Positions 52,528-61,584 of a stretch of DNA of 61,584 bases are shown here, in pieces. A program made the position numbers and the translations under genes. The stretch's first letter is position 1. Each line of letters begins with the position of its first letter. This DNA comes from Octopus bimaculoides (lineage: Eukaryota), in the NCBI RefSeq assembly GCF_001194135.2, contig NC_068992.1:46371226-46432809 (forward strand), given 5' to 3'. The notes below the pieces were generated by a model, which was not told the DNA's origin, searched no databases, and saw only the letters and a list, made by a program, of their open reading frames with translations.

Positions 52528-53224
52528 CGGGTGTATGCATATATGTAAGCGTATGAACGTAAAATAAACAGACGTGAGTTTATTCAGCACCTATTTAATA
52601 CTATTATATTCGTGACAGCAATGGTAGAATGCGAAGCAAACTCCCTTTGCAGTAATTAGTTAAGTCGGTTCATATTTTAGTATCAAATCTCGTAGGGGTT
52701 TAGCTATGCTTTTCATCTCTCCGTGTTAAACAGAATAATATTGAGTTCAAAAAAACAAATCAGCCAGCCTCATAAACGTTTGAACTCAAGACCGTTGGTT
52801 ATTAATCCATTAGGACAATTATTAATTGAGCCAGGCACCCGCAGTAGCGAACTGCCACTGAATCACATCAAGGTATCGGCAGCGTGGTGTTATTACCTGC
52901 CCTTCAAATATGTGCTCACTGATGTGAATAGTTTCATTGGCAGATCAGTTGGAACGTGTCTCAACATCATATTGATTTTGTAATTAAAATGTGATTGGAA
53001 CAAATTCCACGCCATGATAATGCCAATTTAATCCGTTCATCAACATGCCAACAGCTAATTCCGTAGAATAATCTCCGAGAAAAGATACCAATGTCTTGAT
53101 TGTTGACTAACTCTGAGGTTGAAAGTTGAAATAATTAACACATAACACTGGAAGCAGAACAGGGAACTGTTGATGAGTTGTTAGAGAGACATAAATAGGA
53201 GCTAAAGCTTCTACACGATAACAA

Positions 53225-53745
53225 AGGCAACAGCAATAACAATAATAGTAACTATTATTATTCTTGTTATTAGTGATGTTGTTTATAGTGTGCACCAATG
53301 TTTTACATTCGGAATCAATGTCCTCCAGACCGTGTCACAACCAGTTTCCTGAGATATCAAAGACGTTTCGCAAAATACTTGTTTCCAATACAAACGACTT
53401 GTGAATTAGTGTGACTCTGGTATTTACAACAATGTCAAGAAGGGAACTGTTAAGTCTGTTGGTGACGGTACCGAAGACATCCATAACAACTGGGTTTAGT
53501 TTTCTAAAAACCCTCCACAGTCGTCGTATTTCGCTAGCAAAATCTTGGCATTTCACCTGGTTTTTGACCGCTATATTCTCTTCCGCAGACAAAGCCACGT
53601 CTATGATGGTGCATCTTTTCTTCCTTGTCCCGAATCATAATATCTGTTCGCCTGGCATAAATTTCGAAATTAGTCTGTACATTAAAATCTCATAAAATCA
53701 TGTATTGGTCGTTCTCTATTACACTTTCTGGTTGAGGTTCGTGTC
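53225..53745 (-). mobile_element. R4/Dong-type (RLE) non-LTR retrotransposon 3' end
   Basis: PQPESVIEND.YMIL*DFNVQT..I.ARRTDI / DVALSAEENIAVKNQVKCQDFASEIRRLW..PVVMDVFG..SILRNVF; restriction-like endonuclease motif, followed by an aat-rich tail. Confidence 0.85.
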
Positions 53746-53767
53746 ATTTTCTTCCTACTTCAAATTA

Positions 53768-53769
<2 letters not shown>

Positions 53770-53834
<65 letters not shown>

Positions 53835-53835
53835 T
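53770..53835. repeat. (ATT)n microsatellite
   Basis: Directly visible. Confidence 0.97.
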
Positions 53836-54478
53836 AGCAGAAAAACCGCCCACCGGCCATAACTTTCTTTACTCAAGGTGCTAACATAATTTTCCTGAAC
53901 CTCCTACTTTGCATTCATCTCCAGATAGTACTACATTACTATCCTACCCTCTTCGCTCGTCCATTTCCTTCTCATTACTATATTATACACTGTCTTAGAC
54001 TATCTGTATTTGCGCTGAACCACTGCCGTGAGAGAGGACTTTCCTTTNNNNNNNNNNNNNNNNNNNNNNNNNNNNNNNNNNNNNNNNNNNNNNNNNNNNN
54101 NNNNNNNNNNNNNNNNNNNNNNNNNNNNNNNNNNNNNNNNNNNNNNNNNNNNNNNNNNNNNNNNNNNNNNNNNNNNNNNNNNNNNNNNNNNNNNNNNNNN
54201 NNNNNNNNNNNNNNNNNNNNNNNNNNNNNNNNNNNNNNNNNNNNNNNNNNNNNNNNNNNNNNNNNNNNNNNNNNNNNNNNNNNNNNNNNNNNNNNNNNNN
54301 NNNNNNCTTTATTATATATTTTTGGCAGTTGATCACTAGGGTTAATGTAATCAACTTACCCCTTACCCGAAATTTCTGGCCTCGCGTCACAATTTGAACC
54401 CATTATTATCATTATTCTTGTTGTTGTTATTGTTGTTCTCGTAGCTATTGCTGCTGCTGCTCTTGCAGTTGTTGCTAA

Positions 54479-55077
54479 GGCAGCGAGCTGGCACAATCGT
54501 TAGTACGCTGGGTTAAATGCTTAGCGGTATTTCGTCTGTCTTTATGTTCTGAGTTCAAATTACGCTGTGGCCAACTCTGCCTTGCATCGTTTCGGGATCG
54601 ATAAAATAAGTACGTCTTGAAACTGGGGTCGATGAAATCAATTTATACTGTGTGCCAAAATATGGATCATTTATTGTTGCTGTTGTTGTGAAGGCGGTGC
54701 GCTGGCAGAACCATTAACATGCCTGACAAAAAACTTTGGGGCATTCCTCCTGTTTTTTCAGTTTTCAGTTTTTATTTCCGCTAAGGCCGACTTTGACTTT
54801 ATCATTTCCTATTCTATAAGATAAGTACCATTTCAACACTGGGGTCGATGTCATGGAATTACCCAACCCTTAATATTGTATCAAAATATGAAACCATTAT
54901 TATCATCGTTCGTGCTGATTTTGTTGTTGTTGTTGTCCTTGTTGCTGCTGTTCAAGCTGTGAGCTGACCGAACCTCCAACGTCCTGGATAAAATGCTAAA
55001 CATCATTTTTTTCAGCATCAATTTTTTACGTGTTGAATTCAAATTCAGTCGAAGTCGATTTTGCCTTTTTATCTTTA
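54479..55077 (+). mobile_element. Three head-to-tail SINE copies (54479-54672, 54693-54905, 54954-55077)
   Basis: Each starts with a ggc(a/g)g(c/t)g(a/c)gctggca-like head, each is preceded by a GTT/GCT tract, and divergence increases from copy 1 to copy 3. Confidence 0.8.
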
Positions 55078-55164
55078 TGTAGCATGTATATATGTACGCT
55101 TACATACTCTTGTTTTTTCATATGAATACATACATACATACATACATACACATACACACATATA

Positions 55165-55200
<36 letters not shown>

Positions 55201-55937
55201 TATGCACACACATATGCGTGCTGTTTTCATGTATTTGTGTGTATATATGGTTCAATGTATATCATTACATGATATATCATCGTAGCTATGTGCGTGCGAT
55301 CGACTGGCATGTGTAACATATATAATTGATGTATGAAGCTATTGCATGCAGGCATATTTGAACTTATACCATTTCTGTAAGTAGTAGCATATTTAATCTC
55401 TCCTATCTCTAAATATACTTTTTTCAAATAAAAACATATTCCAAGAATAGCATCCACAACAGTATCAACTACTGCAGCACCAACTATAAATAATAGCAAA
55501 ATAGAAAGAGTATAAATAACGCGGATTTGAATATTTTGATATCTTTCATTGGTAATTTTCTTTCATTATTGTATCTATCACTGTTATCAATATGTTATAA
55601 ATGATGGATTACTTAACCGAACGTCGGTAAATGCATATTGGATAAGCATACGCATACACATGCGTACATGTATATCTACACTATACATATACATACATAT
55701 TTATATTGTTGGTGTCACAAGAATGGTAGTAGAACGCTTATTATGTCTACAGAAGATGTGGGTTCATGTGCTACGGACAATCCCCGACATTATCTAATTA
55801 AAATGGGTTTTCAATCTTATATCATCATTCCATTTGTTATAGCTTTACACGCTCTTCGAAATCGATTTCCTGAAAAGTAATTATATATATATNNNNNNNN
55901 NNNTATATATACATATATGTGTGTGTGTGTGTGTGTA

Positions 55938-55972
<35 letters not shown>

Positions 55973-56324
55973 ATGTATATATATGATAAATGGATAGATA
56001 GGTAGATGCATGGTGCGCGTGTGTATGTAGATACGCATATCGCTCATATACATTTTTGTACGTACAAATATATTCATGTGTAAATACATTTATGTATTTG
56101 TGCCCTAACTCCTCGAAACGCTTAGTTTAGAATAGGAGCTGCTGATGAAGGGAATATTCCCTATGTGGCCTGTTTGTTTTCTGTGCTCTGTTTATGTTTT
56201 GGTTTTCATTTTGTCCACGATTTTTTTGTGACGTCCTGTACTCAGATATGCATCTATATATATATATATGTAGATGTAGGTATGTACATACATGTACGTA
56301 TATATGCATATACTCACATATTAT

Positions 56325-57330
56325 TTGTATTATTATACAGAGAACCATATGTCTTAAAAGTCTTTTCCAGGATTCTTACAGGATAAAGGATTGTGTTTTT
56401 CTGCAGGTCGACAATGCGAGTCTCAATACCAATATTATTCATCTCTTTGTTGGCAGTTTGGATAGTTTGCCAAGTGTGTCGATTATGTTAGGAATAATTG
56501 TTGTCTTATTCGTCCTTCATCTCTCTGGCTTGGTCTTAATATTTCTTTTTTTTTTTTCAATTTCTTTCGAACCCAGTCGGTTATCAAGAATTATCCGGTT
56601 TGGGTGCTTTCCCATTTGTTATTTTCTTAATAATCGCTTTCACTTTGTTATCCGCAATAGTTATCTTCTACTTCCATTTTAAATTCCCACAAGGAGTCTG
56701 CTTTTATATCATGTTGAACTTGCTCCAAATATCTGACCGAAAGTTCCTTGTTTCTTCGGTATCAGGCATATCGTCCCCATGTCGTTTCTCTTCATTATTC
56801 AGCTGTTGCTAACATTTCTTTTCGTTGCTTCTGAAGAGCCTCACCTGATGTAACTTTTTTGTTGTCTGTTGGTAACTGTTTTTATTTGTTCGGTTATCTG
56901 GCACTGCTTTGACCTTTTGCCCAACCTCTTCCTTAAATTACTTATAATATTTAATGACTAATGTTGTACTTTACGAGTACAATATGAGATAATTTTATAT
57001 CTTTTCATCATCATTTTCTTTCTTATGGTAGCATTTAATTAGTTCTCAAATTTTCGTTCCCATCAGGGGATTTCGTCGCTTGTTTTTCTTTGAAGAATTT
57101 CCATAGCAATAGACGTTTTGCAGTATAAGTGATTGCTTAGTCTCTTAGATTTACAAACCAAATTTTCGTTAGCAACTCGTCTGCTTTCTTCATTACTTTA
57201 CGCATATTCAATGTTCTCTTCCGATTCCTCTCTGTTAGTCCTTTATCTTCACCTGTTCGTGTCTCATTTAGGCGTTGGGGGTAGACTCCTCTCTTCCTCT
57301 CTAACATTATTTTCTTCTATGAAGTAAAAT
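56325..57330 (-). mobile_element. R4/Dong-type LINE with the RT region internally deleted
   Basis: Pre-RT motifs (MRKVMKKADELL..ITYTA; SLWEFKMEVE; ITDWVRKKLKK.RNIKTKP) run directly into the extreme C-terminus (KTTIIPNIIDTLG..NNIGIETRIVDLQKNTILYPVRILEKTF). Confidence 0.7.
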
Positions 57331-57379
57331 TTGTCGTCATTTTGGTTGTTATTCCTTTCCTGTTGTTCCTTTCATTGTT

Positions 57380-57384
57380 GTTGC

Positions 57385-57430
<46 letters not shown>
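57380..57430. repeat. (GTT)n microsatellite
   Basis: Directly visible. Confidence 0.97.
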
Positions 57431-57831
57431 GCGGTTGGTATTTCTGATCTAAGTAGATTTATTATTAATATTCTGCAGTGTCGTTTCATTTCTTTAATGT
57501 AAATATCCCAGTTTGATGCTGTGACCTTTCGTAGCTGAGAAATATTTCCATCAAAGAAAACTTCTTTCAATCAGCCATGACAAAAATAGTGTAAATGTTA
57601 CTTGCTGTTTCTATCGTTCAATAAATAATTCTTAATTCGTTATTTTTTAAATATTTATCTGCAGACTGTCTGGCAGGTATGAACATTTTTTATTGCTAAA
57701 TTATAGATAAATAAATACGATATAAACAAACACAATTATAAATGTACGTATGTATGTATGTATAGTTGTAACCTCTATCAGTCAATTACAAATGAAGTAA
57801 GGTTATATGTACTTAGATATGTGTGTGTGCG

Positions 57832-57862
<31 letters not shown>

Positions 57863-58985
57863 GTGTATGTATTAACTTCACTGCTCAGTTGTTGAATAGC
57901 TTGAATAGAATCTGGATATCCATTGAGCAAACAATATTATTTTCCTCCAAAGAGAATGAATTTTGAATACGGGACTTCGATTCTGTTCATTTAGCTACCT
58001 CTTGTAATAAAATCAAGGATTCAATTATATAATTTTGATGAATACCACAACCAAATTACATAATGACACATTCTAAATACATTTTTAGTTATACTATTTC
58101 AAGTAGCTTTAAAACGTAATTTCGTTTACAGTGGATAGTACCTGGGATCAAATATATTTTAGTTAACGCTGTTCAGTAGCTCCATTTCTATACTTCTTAT
58201 TTGCCCATGTTACTGCTCGAATGAAATCATTCCCTAAGTTACTTTGAAATAAAACTACTATTTATTACATCGTCTCTCTACTACTGCCTAAGTAACAAAG
58301 CTATAAAAACAAACACATCTACGTCCAATGTGTTTGTGGCTTTGTATATGTTTTCTAATTTAGCTTACTTTTCTTCTTGAAGTTTCCTGAAGTAAAATAA
58401 ATTCATTTTAAGATTGTTAAATTTATGACATTAATATACTTTTCTATTTCGTAGATTTCTCTTCTAGCTTTTTTTCCCCAACATCTTTTACAAGATAAAA
58501 TACATTCAAAGTTAATGTGATGTATTTCTTGTTTTGAGAGCGTTTTTTCGTTTTTTGACAGCATAGAATCACATCAGCTTGAACGCCTATTTTTATATAC
58601 ATATAATTCTTAATACAATTTTAACAGGATTAGTCACACACAGACGTATGTATGTATGTGTGTATATATGTATGTATGTATGTATTGTGTATTTGTATAC
58701 ATATATGTATGAATGTGTTTTGGGGTGTCTGATCGGGAAAAATGGTGACTCAGTTATTTCTCAGAGATTTATCGATACAAAAGCAGGTGTCTAATCGATC
58801 AGATATTCGCTATGATTGACACTATACTCGACCTGAATGCAGTTAAGACTCTACATGAAGTAGACATCTGACCAATCTGGCAATTATATGTTCATGATAC
58901 TGTGCTTGCTGATCATTCCTATCGCTATATGATAACCTACAATTATAAACTCTCCGTAAAGTGCTGAGTCCGATTATCTTTTTAC

Positions 58986-58988
<3 letters not shown>

Positions 58989-59065
<77 letters not shown>

Positions 59066-59110
59066 ACGCACGCACAAGCAAACAAACGCTCGCGCGCACA
59101 CAAACACCAT
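58989..59110. repeat. (CA)n microsatellite with CG-containing decay
   Basis: Directly visible. Confidence 0.95.
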
Positions 59111-60060
59111 ATGCGCGGGCACGCGTGTATTCATAGGTTGCGTATGTAGAATGCGTTATACCGTTCGAAAGCACTCAGTAAGTTGTAGATGCTTAATCGA
59201 TATTTGTGTTATAAACTGGCGTATGTTTAACAAATGTACCTTCGCTGTAATATATTCTTGTATTTTTTCAAGCCCACTTTAGATATAATTTTGTAATTGG
59301 TGTGAATATACGGAACACGCGACAATGAAAGTAGTTAAATAAATAGATGTGACTACATAGAGAGCCTGATATACAGAAATAGTTACAGTTTAATATCTTA
59401 TAGTTCGTGTAGTGTACATTATACTGGTACAAGGGGTTACTTTTGAAGTTACAGTTTTTTTCTTTTATATCGTGAAGATGCCCCTTTTTTAACACCACAA
59501 CGAAGATGCACCAGCATTTCTCGATTGACTAGTAGTGACGGTTAAACCTCGTTACACAAACTTGAAGTTGAGTTTATTACACAAGGAGTTCCTCGATATG
59601 TCATGTCTGAGTAAACGGAGTGAATAATTTCGATCAATTTTCTGTTGAATAACAACCGATATAGGACTAAACTGTATCGATATTTGACCTCGATATTCGA
59701 CCTCATATCGACACTTCGATACTTCATGTCTAAATTTGCATTGTGTGTTATGTCCAAATGTTGTCTACTGAAATCTTTAACATTAAATGCGTAGATGTAA
59801 TTCAGCAACAACGCTCGTTAGAGCATTTCTTGCAAAGAAGTACAAATCTAGACGTTTAGAAAGTTCGGTACTTGCAACCTGGAAAATAGATTACGGAGTG
59901 GGTATAAGTCTTTCGATATATCTCTTTGAGCAACGATATATTTCGTTTGAAATGTACAAAGAGAGTTAAATACGTCGAATTTGTTTTAGATTTCATGTTG
60001 TCTTTCTGGTATTTGTAATTAATTAAGCATTTGTAATTAACAGTTGAAAATGGGACAAAC

Positions 60061-60090
60061 CTGTAAGATGAGCAACAATATACACCGCAT
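60061..60090 (-). CDS. Candidate initiation exon MRCILLLILQ (signal-peptide-like)
   Basis: ATG at 60090, 10 mostly hydrophobic codons, donor CAG|gtttgt, ETS-like CCGGAAG at 60096-60102. Confidence 0.2.
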
Positions 60091-60959
60091 CTCAGCCGGA
60101 AGAAGAGCACTCAAATACAGTAAAAATTGCTAAAACGATTGGAAATTATAAACGATCAGTATAGCAAAATCAGTTCTCTAGTCATCCGATATTCCATGAA
60201 GTTTTATATTGTTCTGTTTTGGAGAGAATCTTGAAATATTGCAGAATATTATAAGGATAAATGAAAAACGGCAAGTAGCAGCAAAAATGTGCCTATTAGG
60301 GGTGTAAATATTGAGGTCGCTACTCTTGCTACGAATGAAACCTACAATCCCATTATATCAGATGTTATCGTCGTAAATAACGGAGTCGTTAGACAATAAA
60401 GTAATCCATGATGTACAAAAAAGACAAGGTGGAAATTACTGATGGAAAAGCTTCGAGACAAGTTAACAAAAACAACAATAATTATAATGCTTAATATAAC
60501 TAGTATGGTTGGAATAAGTCAAATACAACGAGGGCATAACAGCATATATAACGTACACGTGGGAAATATAAGAGAACTGACTGCAACGATATTCAATCTC
60601 ATGTTGGCAAATATACCGAATTATAGTGACAGTTGCTTTGTGAGAATTTGTCTAACACAAGAAATATTGAAGAAAACAGAAGGTGTCTGTAGCAACGTTA
60701 AAAGCACAACACAGAGGGAAAAAAACCTGAAATACAGCAAAATATTGCACGAAGTTGTAGAAATGATAATGCTGTAATATTACCGGAATTGTTAAAAGTC
60801 TGTAGACAATTCCTGCTGTGTCAGTTCCGGCAACTAGTCATTGTGAAACATATTCTTCGTGATTAATACATCCACGCACCCCTCCACTCAATTCGTCCAT
60901 CCATACATCCATCAATTCATCTATTCATTCATTCACCTATCCATAGGTACACAAAATTA

Positions 60960-61037
60960 TAAGTATACATAGTACGTACATACATATATGTGCGTGTGTG
61001 TGCACGTGTGTATATATGCATATATTTACATACATAT

Positions 61038-61129
<92 letters not shown>

Positions 61130-61185
61130 ACATATGTAACATATATAACACGTAAATATACATAAATATTTATGCGTTTATATAT

Positions 61186-61227
<42 letters not shown>

Positions 61228-61250
61228 CGCGTGTGTGTATGTGTATGTGT
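60960..61250. repeat. Compound (TA)/(TG) microsatellite
   Basis: Directly visible. Confidence 0.95.
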
Positions 61251-61584
61251 TATAATAAATAGTATTGGTAGTTACGTTGATACCTTGACGGTTTTAAAGA
61301 GATACTACCACTGAAACTTTGAAGTCACTGTCAAAAAAAGTACAAATCATGGACATTTAGTTAAGTATTGCATGTGTAATCCAGTGTCATCTATTTCTCC
61401 ATTGGTTATTCACTTCAGCTTTCAGATACATCTTGAAGAAATCCTGGGATGCATCGTCAGTGATAATCTCGGTTTCAATATCAGACCCCCTCGCCCTATA
61501 GCAGCAGCCGTCTGCATTACCATCTTTATCCAAAGCCACCTAGTAGCCTACATGTACATTGATATATATATATATATATATATA

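Noticed and set aside
53745-56325. Missing RT domain linking the two R4/Dong pieces into one element
   Set aside because: The 56325-57330 piece has its own C-terminus and tail, and the interval holds SINEs and microsatellites rather than RT sequence.
56194-56682. 162-aa hydrophobic membrane-protein-like ORF
   Set aside because: Runs through a microsatellite and the antisense of an A-rich R4/Dong LINE fragment.

Overview
AT-rich, microsatellite-saturated eukaryotic DNA with 16 N-gaps, most abutting simple repeats. The SINE families, the transposon mix and the compound CA/TA/TG, GATA and trinucleotide tracts resemble a short-read octopus (coleoid cephalopod) assembly; the taxon is inferred, not proven. 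I recognise no host protein family, no rRNA or tRNA gene, no CRISPR array and no prokaryote-type system. Nearly all long ORFs in the supplied track are microsatellite or N artefacts. What can be supported is a transposon graveyard: six Tc1/mariner remnants (including a DD34D mariner with one TIR and a maT/DD37D-type piece), two Penelope-like fragments, an RTE LINE, two R4/Dong-type LINE pieces (one with its RT region deleted), a CR1/L2-group 3' end, a Gypsy gag remnant and about a dozen tRNA-type SINE copies with interchangeable 3' tails. Unexplained structure includes a degenerate ~35-bp minisatellite, a 208-bp direct duplication, an interrupted GC-rich hairpin, a tight NF-kB/ETS-like motif cluster and a hammerhead-like motif. 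There are also several exon-like islands with good splice signals. Two speculative gene models can be built from them: a plus-strand small-exon chain and a minus-strand prepropeptide-like ORF ending in GKR*. Both need RNA-seq before being believed.
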